From IMG/VR virus record IMGVR_UViG_3300008108_000135: a stretch of 64,000 bases of DNA; one strand, given 5' to 3'. Each line of letters begins with the position of its first letter. Position 1 is the first letter of the stretch. The stretch is from an uncultured virus (IMG/VR IMGVR_UViG_3300008108_000135) (taxonomy: Duplodnaviria > Heunggongvirae > Uroviricota > Caudoviricetes). This document shows positions 27,310 to 37,634 of the stretch, in pieces. The notes under the pieces were generated by a model. The model was given only the letters and a program-made list of their open reading frames with translations, was not told the origin of the DNA and ran no database searches. The translations under genes and the position numbers were made by a program.

Positions 27310-27805
27310 TTACTCCTCTTTAGATGCATATTTAATACCCATTATAGTACCTATAATTGAGAAAGCGTTAGTTAACAGTATACCAAACATATTTGACCAA
27401 GCGGCACTTATAACTTGTGTGTCTTTACCCATGAGCATAGTGAATACATAAACCCCTGTTGTAATAAACCCAACACCTACAATAATCCATATCTCTATTT
27501 TGGACTTCAAAAGTCAACCTTGATTCCTCAACTTCTCTTAAAGTTTCTTGTAATTCCCCAAGTATTCTTTCATTTTCATTATTGGCGTTAGTTAATTCGT
27601 CGTTTTGCTTTTGAATTTTTTTTGTCATTTCAAGACGTTTTTTTCTTTTTTCTTCATCTTTAGTTTGACAAGTTTTTAAATACTCTTTAAACTCTTCATC
27701 ATCCTCACCATCAATAAGTTTGGTAATATTACCCTCAAGACCTATACCCTTTTTATTATATAAGTCAATTAACGTTTTTTTAGTATTTAAATCTATTTTA
27801 ATCAT
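27310..27805 (-). pseudogene. coiled-coil + TM protein split by frameshift near 27495
   Basis: Coiled-coil frame (27805) degenerates after VQNR; TM C-terminus continues in another frame with no good start. Confidence 0.55.
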
Positions 27806-28239
27806 CTGTATATTTTAAATGGTGCGGTTCTATTTTTATACCCATCGTAATCATTTCTAAATTCTTCTAATCTAGGTTCTATCTCATCCGATTTAATAAT
27901 CCAAAATTGAGCTCCAGCATGTACTGCTTTAGCTTGCTCTTCAGACTCGTTAGATGAAGAGATTATCCCAATAACTACGTGGTTTCCATATTGAAAATTT
28001 ATTTTTCTAATGAGTTCAATACCATCAAATGAACTTCCTACTATGTTTAAATCAACAAACACACATTCAGGTTTGTCCTCGGTATTATTTTCTTCAAACC
28101 ATTTTTTAAACATTTTTTCGGCCTCGTCTGCGCTAGTAACTGATTGTAAAGATAAACTTATGTCCAAAAGAGAACACGCATCTTCAAATACTAAATGGAA
28201 TAAATCCTCATCATCCACTAACAAAATTGAATCAATCAT
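27802..28239 (-). CDS. response regulator receiver protein
   Basis: ILLVDDE, FVDLN, DGIEL, ISSS, IIK. Confidence 0.9.
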   Translation of the reverse strand: MIDSILLVDDEDLFHLVFEDACSLLDISLSLQSVTSADEAEKMFKKWFEENNTEDKPECVFVDLNIVGSSFDGIELIRKINFQYGNHVVIGIISSSNESEEQAKAVHAGAQFWIIKSDEIEPRLEEFRNDYDGYKNRTAPFKIYR

Positions 28240-28242
28240 TTT

Positions 28243-30003
28243 TTAATTTTTTATTTTTATTTTTATTTTGGTCCCTATTTTGTTCTTCTCACAAGATATC
28301 TCAAAACCATGTTCTTTAAGTATTGCAATACAAATATTTAAACCCAACCCTGTACCAGATTCTTTTTGTCCTTCCTTTCTAGTATACGGTTGAGATAATT
28401 TCTCAAAGTCTTTTTGGGTTATCCCTCTACCATTATCTTGGATGATAATGTGACTTTCTTCACTATAAATTTTTACAAATTTAGTATCACTATCATTATA
28501 TTTTAACCCGTTTCTAATTAGATTATCAACTGCGGTACAAAATAAAGATTCATTAACTTCTAATGTAGGTAACTCTTCTAATACGACTTGTGACTTATAA
28601 GATGTACTTGATAAGTAACTATCTAATATTTCTTTTACGTTACAAACAGTTTTTTCTAAAACAGCATCTTTCTTAACTAAATTAGTAAACTCATAAACCC
28701 CCTTATATACTTTTTGCGAATGTTTTAACCCTTCCCTCAACATTTTAAGAGGACCTTCAATTTTTAACCTTTCAATATCATCATTAGTTAATCGTCGTTC
28801 TAGTGAACTCAACCCTCTTGGGATGTAAGTATTTATCCCTGAGTGCATATCGTGTCTTAGTATTTTTGCCGCATGCTCTAAATAGGTGTTTTTTTTGTCA
28901 ATCTCTTTTAAAGTTTTCATTAACTCTGTTACATCATATCTTATTGACATAAATCCTGTAAGGTTATTGTCGCTATCAAATTCGGCCTTAATATATGAAT
29001 CAACCCAATACAATTCACCGTTTTTATTTTTATTAGTTACGACATTGTTCCATATTTTATTATCCACTAATATTGTTTTATACATATCGGACCAATATTT
29101 TTTTGGGTGAGCCCCTGAATTAACAATATTATGGTCTTGACCTAAAACTTCAGATAAAGACCAACCTGAAACTTCTTCAAACCTCTTATTAACATAAGTT
29201 ATTTTACCATTTTTATCCGCTTTACTAACCAATACTGAATAGTCAATAAATCCTTCAATGTCTTTAATATTTTTACTTACGTTATTTGATATTTTAACTG
29301 AATACGCAAATGAATAAAGTGATGATAAAATTTGCGCAAAATTAACTTCTAAGTTAGTCCACTCTCGTTTAGTTAGACTTTCAATACAGATAACGCCTAT
29401 AATATCACCCCCATATATTATGGGAACGTCTAACATAGACTTAATACCTAATGGTTTAAGGTAACTATCTTTAAAACAATTTGTCGCCTGATGAGTCTCA
29501 GCATCATTGGCAATTATTATTGGATTATATATTAATGACGTAAAATAAGACTCAAAATCTTTTTTAAATAATTCAGTTCCACTATACCATTTATTTTCAC
29601 TTTTAACGAATAATTGTTCACAAATTATTGATGTTTTATCCTCATTATATAACCATATGGAACATCTATCAGTGTTTATTGTTTCAGTCACTTCATTTGT
29701 TAATATTTTAGCACCATCAATAGTATTACCAACATAAAACAAAGGATTATGAGATTGGGATATTAAAACATCAATTAGTTTTTTAGTATATTCAGATTCT
29801 ATTTCAATAACCTTATTTCTTTTTAGGTATTCAATAATAAAAACTATTAAACAAAAAACAATGAACGCTTTAGAATAAAAACTAAACCTTAAAACACTCT
29901 CCGTAACTAACATTAATTCGGTATATATTAAGGTATGCATCGTTAAAAATGAAACTAAACCTATAATCCCAAAGAATAACGATATTTTTGATATTTTATT
30001 CAT
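28243..30003 (-). CDS. membrane sensor histidine kinase (GAF + PAS + HATPase)
   Basis: 2 TM; RCSIW..SMLDVPI GAF; YVN..F..SG PAS; RHD H-box; NLIRNGLKY, DNGRG, GTGLGL. Confidence 0.92.
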   Translation of the reverse strand: MNKISKISLFFGIIGLVSFLTMHTLIYTELMLVTESVLRFSFYSKAFIVFCLIVFIIEYLKRNKVIEIESEYTKKLIDVLISQSHNPLFYVGNTIDGAKILTNEVTETINTDRCSIWLYNEDKTSIICEQLFVKSENKWYSGTELFKKDFESYFTSLIYNPIIIANDAETHQATNCFKDSYLKPLGIKSMLDVPIIYGGDIIGVICIESLTKREWTNLEVNFAQILSSLYSFAYSVKISNNVSKNIKDIEGFIDYSVLVSKADKNGKITYVNKRFEEVSGWSLSEVLGQDHNIVNSGAHPKKYWSDMYKTILVDNKIWNNVVTNKNKNGELYWVDSYIKAEFDSDNNLTGFMSIRYDVTELMKTLKEIDKKNTYLEHAAKILRHDMHSGINTYIPRGLSSLERRLTNDDIERLKIEGPLKMLREGLKHSQKVYKGVYEFTNLVKKDAVLEKTVCNVKEILDSYLSSTSYKSQVVLEELPTLEVNESLFCTAVDNLIRNGLKYNDSDTKFVKIYSEESHIIIQDNGRGITQKDFEKLSQPYTRKEGQKESGTGLGLNICIAILKEHGFEISCEKNKIGTKIKIKIKN

Positions 30004-30091
30004 ACTTAATAAATACTATTTAATGAAAAAAAAACTAATTCAACCCCATTGTTACCCCGTTTAGGATATTTATTTAAAAATATAAATAGAT

Positions 30092-30910
30092 ATGTTAAAA
30101 ATTGGTTCAACAGGTGAGGATGTAAAAAAATTACAATCCAAACTAGGCTTAAAGGCCGATGGTGTATTTGGTCCTGGTACCGAAAAAGCAGTTAAAGAAT
30201 GGCAATCCAGTAATGGTCTAACTGCCGATGGAATTGTAGGTCAAAAAAGTTTGGAAAAACTATATGGGACCACAATAATTAAAGAAGATGTTGTTATACC
30301 GTCAACAAGTGGTTTAAACATTAGTAAATTAAAAGGTCACATACCTGATTCAGTATTGTCTCAGATTGACGAGACGGCAAAAAAATTTAATATTACATCT
30401 AATTTAAGATTGGCACATTTCTTAGCACAATGTGCTCACGAAAGTGGAAATTTTAGGGCGGTTTCAGAAAATCTACATTATTCTGCGGACGCACTTAAAA
30501 GAGTGTTCGGAAAATATTTTCCAGGTAACTTAGCTGAATCATATGCGAAACAACCTGAAAAAATTGCTTCAAGAGTTTATGGTGGAAGAATGGGTAATGG
30601 TGATGAATCAACAAAAGAAGGTTTTAAATTTAGAGGGAGAGGGTTTATACAATTAACAGGAAAAAATAACTATACAAACTTCAGTAAATTTGTTGGTGAA
30701 GATTGTGTGGCGAATCCTGATTTAGTTGCAACAAAATATCCATTAGCGTCCGCAGCTTATTTCTTTGATGCGAATGGTCTATGGGGTATTTGTGATAAAG
30801 GTGCCGATGATGCGGTTGTTAAATCGGTTACAAAACGAGTAAACGGTGGTGATAATGGTCTTGCTGATAGATTAAAACATTTTAAAGAATTTTATAATCT
30901 TTTAAAATAA
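30092..30910 (+). CDS. endolysin: PG-binding domain + GH19 lysozyme
   Basis: LKIGS.G.DVK.LQ..DG.FGPGT; FLAQ..HES, FRGRGFIQLTG.NNY, VNGG.NG..DR. Confidence 0.92.
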   Translation: MLKIGSTGEDVKKLQSKLGLKADGVFGPGTEKAVKEWQSSNGLTADGIVGQKSLEKLYGTTIIKEDVVIPSTSGLNISKLKGHIPDSVLSQIDETAKKFNITSNLRLAHFLAQCAHESGNFRAVSENLHYSADALKRVFGKYFPGNLAESYAKQPEKIASRVYGGRMGNGDESTKEGFKFRGRGFIQLTGKNNYTNFSKFVGEDCVANPDLVATKYPLASAAYFFDANGLWGICDKGADDAVVKSVTKRVNGGDNGLADRLKHFKEFYNLLK

Positions 30911-30938
30911 GAAAAACCCCTCCAAAGAGGGGTTTTTT
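30911..30938. terminator. bidirectional terminator
   Basis: AAAAACCCCTC-CAAA-GAGGGGTTTTT. Confidence 0.75.
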
Positions 30939-30939
30939 A

Positions 30940-31635
30940 CTACCAAAATATTTCATTTGTGATTGGGTCCCACTCAAAACTCCAAGGTGTGTGACCATAA
31001 AGATATTGCTCGTCAAGAACCGCAGCATTGAAGTAATGTGTAGTTCCGTCAAAATAGTGTCCGTGTCCTGAATGAATGTGACCACAAACAAAGATTTTAG
31101 GTTTTACTTGTTTGATTCTTTCAGCAAGTAATTCACATCCAAGGTGTTGTCCTCGTCGTCCTTCAACATCATCATTCATCCCCCAACTTGGTCCGTGAGT
31201 GATAAGAATGTCAATACCTTCAGGAATCATATCCCATTTTGATTTAAGTTCTTCACCATTGCGAGGAAGATTAAACGCCCAATTATAGAACTCAGGTTGC
31301 CAAGGACTACCCCAAATTTTTATTTCAGGTTTGTCACCATCTTGGTATCCAACAACCTCATCTTGGATGTAGTCAATTGTCTTATAACCAGTTAATAATC
31401 CTTTGATTTTCTCTGTGTTATTTTGAAACCCCCAATCGTGGTTACCAGCGATGAAACCTTTAAAATCGTAAATATTGATTTTATCATACCAATTTGCAAA
31501 CCCTTGGATTTCATGCTCATAACCCATAGAGGATATGTCGCCAGCATGGAGTAAGATATCACCACCAGGTAAGTCCCCATTCAACTTATTATGCTTATTA
31601 TGCGTGTCAGAAATTAATGTTAGTTTGTATTTCAT
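30940..31635 (-). CDS. calcineurin-like metallophosphoesterase
   Basis: SDTH, HAGD, AGNHD, THGP, GHIH. Confidence 0.9.
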   Translation of the reverse strand: MKYKLTLISDTHNKHNKLNGDLPGGDILLHAGDISSMGYEHEIQGFANWYDKINIYDFKGFIAGNHDWGFQNNTEKIKGLLTGYKTIDYIQDEVVGYQDGDKPEIKIWGSPWQPEFYNWAFNLPRNGEELKSKWDMIPEGIDILITHGPSWGMNDDVEGRRGQHLGCELLAERIKQVKPKIFVCGHIHSGHGHYFDGTTHYFNAAVLDEQYLYGHTPWSFEWDPITNEIFW

Positions 31636-31658
31636 ATTACAAATATAATAAAATTATT

Positions 31659-32249
31659 TTAATCCCACCAGCGAGAAATCTCACTTTCCATTATTTTAAA
31701 AATCAATTTTCTACAACGGTCTTGATTTCTATACGACATTTTCATAGCGATTTTACTTTTGGTTTCAACATCAACAAGTTCTTCATCAGAAAAATCTTCT
31801 TCAGACAACACCTCTTTGAAGATTCTTGGGTACTTTTTAAAGTAGTCATCGTAATTTTCAGAAATCAATGTGTTCTCCATTGTAAACCATTTTTTGGTTT
31901 CGTCGGTTGGTACAAACTCAAATTCACTTTTTTGATAATCCATATATTCCATATGATAGAAATCATCCTGTTGTAATTTGATTAACTTCGCAACCATTCT
32001 CATTTTCTCAGCATCTCTTTTTGCTGATACATGGATTCCACGACCTCCAATATATTTTGCCTGATTCTCCAATTTAACTCTGAGAATTTCAAATATAAAG
32101 GTATCATCCCAATCACGGTCTTTCCAAATCGTAGGAAACCATCTCCAAAGATTTTTTACGCCACGAGCAAATTCCTTGTGCATGTATTTCCCATCAAATT
32201 TCCACCAAAGTGATATCTTTTCAAATATGTTTAATTTCTCTGTTTCCAT
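31659..32249 (-). CDS. hypothetical phage protein
   Basis: IWKDRDWD...WWD; TATCTTTG promoter upstream. Confidence 0.75.
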   Translation of the reverse strand: METEKLNIFEKISLWWKFDGKYMHKEFARGVKNLWRWFPTIWKDRDWDDTFIFEILRVKLENQAKYIGGRGIHVSAKRDAEKMRMVAKLIKLQQDDFYHMEYMDYQKSEFEFVPTDETKKWFTMENTLISENYDDYFKKYPRIFKEVLSEEDFSDEELVDVETKSKIAMKMSYRNQDRCRKLIFKIMESEISRWWD

Positions 32250-32390
32250 GTGACAAAGATAATAAAGTTTTGTGGATAAAAAAAGGGATTGTAAAAAATT
32301 ACAATCCCCTCTTATATATAGGCACTCAGATGAGAGTGATAGTAATAATAAATATATGAGTCTTTAAAAAAATTAACTCTGTAATCTTAA

Positions 32391-32609
32391 TTAGGACAGA
32401 TTTTTTTGTATCTCATCAAGTCTTAACGATTTTTGTCGTTCATAATCAGAATTAATTGTCAACAACTTAATGTCGGATAACTCATAAGACCATTTTTGTT
32501 TATAAGTCTTAAATAATAAATCAGCAACTTTTAAATGAGTGATTGTTAAACAAGAATTTAACACTTTTAACACCCATTTGTATTCATTCTCAACGTGTAA
32601 AAAATCCAT
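32391..32609 (-). CDS. hypothetical protein
   Basis: ORF track. Confidence 0.6.
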   Translation of the reverse strand: MDFLHVENEYKWVLKVLNSCLTITHLKVADLLFKTYKQKWSYELSDIKLLTINSDYERQKSLRLDEIQKNLS

Positions 32610-32610
32610 A

Positions 32611-32796
32611 TTATTTTATTTTTTTCTTTAAAATTTCTTTAATGTCAATTTTTGGGTTGTTTTTTATACCCTTAATTTTTTTAAAATCTTTAAAATCAAT
32701 TTTTATGTGTTTCTTTATTTGTAAAAACATTAATACCATAAATATTAACGGTATAAAGATAACAATAAGTAAAACAATGATTAAAAATATTTTCAT
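32611..32796 (-). CDS. small membrane protein
   Basis: N-terminal TM, basic tail. Confidence 0.5.
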   Translation of the reverse strand: MKIFLIIVLLIVIFIPLIFMVLMFLQIKKHIKIDFKDFKKIKGIKNNPKIDIKEILKKKIK

Positions 32797-32889
32797 AATT
32801 CAAATGTAACAAATAATTTAATTAAAAACAAATTAAATAATTGACCATATACTCTCAACTATTTATATTAAAATATAAGACATTTTTTT

Positions 32890-33168
32890 ATGAAAAAAGC
32901 ATTAGAGGTTTTACTAAATAAAGTTTTTAAAAAAGACCTTGAGCTTTTATATGGTGAAGGATGTTATGTTCTTATTAATCGGATACATTTTTCCGAATAT
33001 CAAAAAAAATATATGATAGACTGTAAACTAATGATTCCAAAAGAGACTGTGCTAGAAGAGTTAAATGAGACATATCCTGACGGGTTAAATTACCTAATGA
33101 ATGAATCTTGGAAATTTATGGTGGTACCTGAAAATACTCAATTAATGTCAACTATTGATTTTTTTTAA
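32890..33168 (+). CDS. hypothetical protein
   Basis: ORF with TATTTAT upstream. Confidence 0.7.
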   Translation: MKKALEVLLNKVFKKDLELLYGEGCYVLINRIHFSEYQKKYMIDCKLMIPKETVLEELNETYPDGLNYLMNESWKFMVVPENTQLMSTIDFF

Positions 33169-33193
33169 TATATTTGTCAAAAAATAATATTCT

Positions 33194-33523
33194 ATGGCAA
33201 CAACCGCATTAATTAACATTTATAATGAAAAGGATGATTTACTTATAAGTATTCACATCCAACACGATGGGGGTAAGAGACTTAAAACCAAATTAGAAAG
33301 ATTTATTAATGATGGTAGATATATTGACGCCATATCATTTACCACACCAAGATTAGGAGATGCATTTTTGGGTATGGGGTGTTTTGCAGCAAGTTTAATT
33401 ACTAAATTAAAAACTGAGTGTGGTGATGTCTTTATTACTAAAAATACAAACGTCCTTAATTTATATGATTATGTTTATGACATTCGTTTTGATAATGAAA
33501 AGAATAAAATTGTGATGTATTAA
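33194..33523 (+). CDS. hypothetical phage protein
   Basis: HDG..GMGCFAA motif; TATATTTG upstream. Confidence 0.7.
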   Translation: MATTALINIYNEKDDLLISIHIQHDGGKRLKTKLERFINDGRYIDAISFTTPRLGDAFLGMGCFAASLITKLKTECGDVFITKNTNVLNLYDYVYDIRFDNEKNKIVMY

Positions 33524-33569
33524 GTTGATTCATTAAAGTTTTAACATATACTTATTAAAAAACTGATTT

Positions 33570-33995
33570 ATGAAAAAAGTACAAAATGGTGACACCGTTG
33601 TAGTTAATTACACGGGTAGATTAGAAGATGGGACTGTTTTTGATTCATCTTTAACTGAAGGTAGAGAACCTCTTAAAGCCCAATTAGGTCAAGGTCTTTT
33701 AATTAAAGGATTTGAGGACGGATTATTAGAAATGAATGAGGGTGACAAAAAAACGATTGAGATTGAGCCTACAAATGCTTACGGAGATATTAATCCAGAA
33801 ATGATTGTTGAGGTACCAAAGGAACAAATCCCTGAAGGTGTTTCTGTTGGGGATATGTTACAAGCTCAGGGACCTATGGGACCTGTTAATGTTAGGGTTG
33901 CAGAAATAAAGGAAGATGTTGTAATAATTGACGCAAATCATCCTTTGGCAGGTAAAAAATTAATTTTTGATTTAGAACTTGTCACGGTTGAGTAA
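33570..33995 (+). CDS. FKBP-type peptidyl-prolyl isomerase (SlyD/SlpA-like)
   Basis: YTGRLEDGTVFDSS..LI.GFE..AYG..DANHPLAGK.L.F. Confidence 0.93.
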   Translation: MKKVQNGDTVVVNYTGRLEDGTVFDSSLTEGREPLKAQLGQGLLIKGFEDGLLEMNEGDKKTIEIEPTNAYGDINPEMIVEVPKEQIPEGVSVGDMLQAQGPMGPVNVRVAEIKEDVVIIDANHPLAGKKLIFDLELVTVE

Positions 33996-34130
33996 AACAA
34001 AAAAATTAAAAAGTCAAGAGACCACCAATTAAAAACTGGTGGTTCTTTTTTTTTACGGGGTTTCATTGAACATTTCCCGTTTTTTGATTAACATTTGTAT
34101 AGAGTTATTAACAATTTAAATTTAAAAATT

Positions 34131-34472
34131 ATGGAAGAGAATGTAGAAAAGAGAAAAGTAACGGCTAAAGAAGTTGTTAAAAACGCAATGGTTTATGGTA
34201 TTATTGTTATTTCGGTGGTAGCATCATTTATTGTAGGTTTTACATATCACAAATTAACTAACAAAACTGTGATTTCTAAAAAAGAAATTGTTAAAGTTAG
34301 GAAAAATGATGTAACAATCGCCATTGATGAAAGTCATCATTTAATTATCATCAATAATAATACAGGTGATTACACTGTGTACCAAGATTCAATCGGTAAT
34401 ACAATCTTTAAACTATACGCAGCAAATGTTTGGGGTCAACATAGTCCTGTGATTAATAAAATTAAACCTTAA
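34131..34472 (+). CDS. hypothetical membrane protein
   Basis: Single TM; start at MEENV. Confidence 0.65.
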   Translation: MEENVEKRKVTAKEVVKNAMVYGIIVISVVASFIVGFTYHKLTNKTVISKKEIVKVRKNDVTIAIDESHHLIIINNNTGDYTVYQDSIGNTIFKLYAANVWGQHSPVINKIKP

Positions 34473-34475
34473 ATT

Positions 34476-35033
34476 ATGAATACAAAAAATTTAATTTTAA
34501 CGTCATTGTTTACAATATCGTTATTGATTGTTTTAACTTCTTTGGGTTCATTTAAAACAACAATTCAGTTTAAAAAAGAAGTTGAGTTATTCAAAAGTAA
34601 TAATGAAATTGTTTCACCAATACCTATGTATATGTACGAAAATATTGAGAAATATTCTACCGAATACAATATACCCAAGTATATAGCGTACAACATATCT
34701 TATTTGGAGACAAGGTATCAAGGACCATTTCATTGGGGTTACAATCCAAGTCAGATTTCTTGTGTTGGAGCGTTGGGTCCCATGCAAATAATGCCAGGTA
34801 CCGCTAAACTAATACAGAAACGTAGAGTGCCAAATGAAATTTTAAAAAATGATATCAGACTAAACATTGAAATTAGTATGAAATTATTACGAAAACTATA
34901 TAACAAGTATCATGATTGGGGAATAGTATGCGGATGTTATAATACAGGTAGACCAATGATTAACGATTACGCTAGGTATTGTGTTAAAAATCATGACTAT
35001 CAAAACAAATGGATACGACCGACTATATTATAG
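34476..35033 (+). CDS. lytic transglycosylase (SLT domain) with N-terminal anchor
   Basis: ET catalytic Glu, GALGPMQIMP.TA, YN.G. Confidence 0.85.
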   Translation: MNTKNLILTSLFTISLLIVLTSLGSFKTTIQFKKEVELFKSNNEIVSPIPMYMYENIEKYSTEYNIPKYIAYNISYLETRYQGPFHWGYNPSQISCVGALGPMQIMPGTAKLIQKRRVPNEILKNDIRLNIEISMKLLRKLYNKYHDWGIVCGCYNTGRPMINDYARYCVKNHDYQNKWIRPTIL

Positions 35034-35420
35034 TTAATCGTAAAGCTTATCTTCAGAATCAGGAACGTCTCTCTCAAATTTTTTCATAATGGCACCTGAT
35101 TCTGAATTTGCTTCATCCTCAATTTTACCACCAATATCAGGACCCATTTCCTTTTTTTCTACCTCCATTTGATATTCATGAACCCACTCGTGAGCCAAAG
35201 TTCTTAAAATATCACGATTCATTCTGTTCTTAGATAAAACTCTAATTTCTTGAGGTAATCTACTACCTGTAGTCATTTTACCGTTTCTCTCACCTAAAAA
35301 TATAACTTTTAAATCCCGATTCAAAGGAAATTTATCTTGAAGATAATTAATGAATTTATTATATAATTCATATTCATTCTTATCAATACCCGAATTTTTA
35401 TGTATAATGGTTACTTTCAC
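35034..35420 (-). CDS. hypothetical protein with HExxH motif (GTG start)
   Basis: LRTLAHEWVH..EDEAN. Confidence 0.65.
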   Translation of the reverse strand: MKVTIIHKNSGIDKNEYELYNKFINYLQDKFPLNRDLKVIFLGERNGKMTTGSRLPQEIRVLSKNRMNRDILRTLAHEWVHEYQMEVEKKEMGPDIGGKIEDEANSESGAIMKKFERDVPDSEDKLYD

Positions 35421-35486
35421 GTCTTTTATAAATATCTTATATAAACTTTAATGATAGGGAAGTATTTATATAAAAAGATAAAAAAA

Positions 35487-36326
35487 ATGAAATTAGTTAT
35501 AACTGAGAGTCAAAAAAAGTTTTTAATTAGACAGTCTTTAATTGAATCCGATTTTATTGATACAGATAGAGATACAGGAAGTGTTATTGGTAACTTAATA
35601 CTAAAAGGTATAAAGAACGCAAAAACAACGGAACCTACCGATTCATCATCCACCGACAATTCAGATGAACCTGTTGATAGTACTGAAAATGTTCAGGGTT
35701 CAGGGTCATTTGGTAAAGTTAAACTTTTAGGTAACTTTGATAGTATTCAAAAAAATAATATTTCTTTATTAATTGATGAAATGAAAAAAAAGGGAATAAC
35801 CGACCCTTTAGCTCAAATAGGTATGTTATCTGTCGTTAAAAAAGAATCCAATTTTAAACCTAAAGGTGAGGTTTCATACGCTAATACAGATAATTCAAGA
35901 ATTAGAAAAATTTTTGGTTCAAGAGTTAGTAAATTTTCCGATGGTGAACTAAATAAGTTAAAAAGTAACGCAAAAGAGTTCTTTAATTTAGTTTACGCAA
36001 AAATTGCGGGTAATCAAGGAGGTGGTGATGGGTGGAATTTTAGAGGTAGAGGATTTAATCAGTTGACTGGAAGAGGTAATTACAGAAAATACGGTCAACT
36101 TTCAGGGGTGAGTCTTGAGTCAAATCCTGAAATGCTAAATAGAAACGACATTGCTGCAAAAATTGCGGTTACATTTTTATTAGATGGTCAATCACCATCA
36201 AGTATACCTAAATTTTCAAGTAAAGAAGATGCCGCAAGTTATTTTGCCGACAAAAACGCAAGAAAAAAACGAAGTGGTCATAGAAATAAAGCCATTGAGG
36301 CATCAAAATCATTTGGAGTAGCATAA
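35487..36326 (+). CDS. GH19-like lysozyme with VITESQ leader (putative virion-associated)
   Basis: KES, DGWNFRGRGFNQLTGRGNY..NPE. Confidence 0.8.
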   Translation: MKLVITESQKKFLIRQSLIESDFIDTDRDTGSVIGNLILKGIKNAKTTEPTDSSSTDNSDEPVDSTENVQGSGSFGKVKLLGNFDSIQKNNISLLIDEMKKKGITDPLAQIGMLSVVKKESNFKPKGEVSYANTDNSRIRKIFGSRVSKFSDGELNKLKSNAKEFFNLVYAKIAGNQGGGDGWNFRGRGFNQLTGRGNYRKYGQLSGVSLESNPEMLNRNDIAAKIAVTFLLDGQSPSSIPKFSSKEDAASYFADKNARKKRSGHRNKAIEASKSFGVA

Positions 36327-37483
36327 TGAAAAAATATATATTAGAGGCGTTAGGTGTTCCTGAAAACATTTTGTTGTCAGGTGAGAAATTATATAAAGAT
36401 TTATTAAAACAATTATCGTATGAATCAAATGAAACATTTGACGAGGATAGTAAATTTGATATAGGGTTCAGTACTAATTTACAAATCAATGAACTTAATA
36501 TTAAAAAAGTTCATGCTCGGATTGAGTTGGATTTTGTTGATACCGATAAAATTTTAATGGCAGGTATGGGTTTTTCGCCAAGATATACTCATAACATTAA
36601 AAAATTTGTGAGTATGTCTTTACAAGATTTTTCAGAATTATACATTTCCGTTTCTCTTTATTTACCTGAAAGGGATGTTAATATGTCTGAAATAATTAAA
36701 TTTTTAAAAGATGAAAAAACAGAGATTTTACCTTCGTTATCTCACGAATTAAAACACGCATATGACAATTTTAAAGAACCTGAAAAACCATTGACACATA
36801 TTGTTGACTATGGTACAACATCCAATTTCGGGGCATTTGGTATTAAACCTTTAAGAATATTTTTCCATTATCTTTATTTGGCAACATTAACTGAGACTTT
36901 AGTTAAACCAACTGAAGTTGCCTCAAGAATGATATTATCCGATGTCAATAAAACTCAATTTTTAGAATTCCTTTTAAATGATAAAACTTTTAAAGAATTT
37001 ATGGTTTTAAAAAACTATACGTTTGAGGACTTAGTGTCAGAGTTGAAATCTGATATTGAAACTATTAAAACTCGTTTACGTGACAGTGATATTGATGTCC
37101 CTGAAAGTGATGATGAGATTATTAATCTAATCTTAGAGTTGGGTTATATAAACTTAACTAACGATAAGGGTGAGATGTTAAAACATTTATTAATATCGGG
37201 GGAAGAGGACAGTCTTTTAAAATTTATGGAATTCATGGGAGGGATTGACCCTGAAAGTGATAAAGGTAAATATTTTTATAAAAACTTATCAAAATTTTCA
37301 AAGTATCAAAATAACCCATTAAATTTTTATAAAAATGAAATTAAATTGTTTAATTTTGTAGGAGAAAAAATGGCGAAAAAGATTGGTAAACTTTATGAAA
37401 TGGCCCAAGACCCTGAAGATACTCATTCAAACATCATTAGAAAAATTTATGTTAAATCTAATACAAATGAAAAAAGAACCTAA
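36326..37483 (+). CDS. hypothetical protein with HExxH motif
   Basis: LSHELKHAYD. Confidence 0.65.
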   Translation: MKKYILEALGVPENILLSGEKLYKDLLKQLSYESNETFDEDSKFDIGFSTNLQINELNIKKVHARIELDFVDTDKILMAGMGFSPRYTHNIKKFVSMSLQDFSELYISVSLYLPERDVNMSEIIKFLKDEKTEILPSLSHELKHAYDNFKEPEKPLTHIVDYGTTSNFGAFGIKPLRIFFHYLYLATLTETLVKPTEVASRMILSDVNKTQFLEFLLNDKTFKEFMVLKNYTFEDLVSELKSDIETIKTRLRDSDIDVPESDDEIINLILELGYINLTNDKGEMLKHLLISGEEDSLLKFMEFMGGIDPESDKGKYFYKNLSKFSKYQNNPLNFYKNEIKLFNFVGEKMAKKIGKLYEMAQDPEDTHSNIIRKIYVKSNTNEKRT

Positions 37484-37634
37484 ATACAAAACAGAGTGGA
37501 TAATAGACCCATTAATAAGTCCCACAGATAATTGGGAACTTTATCAGAAGATAATGGAAAGTAAACCGTTACCTAAAATTGAGACTGATTATAAATACAA
37601 AATAAAACCCCCTAAAAAATAAGGGGGTTTTTTG

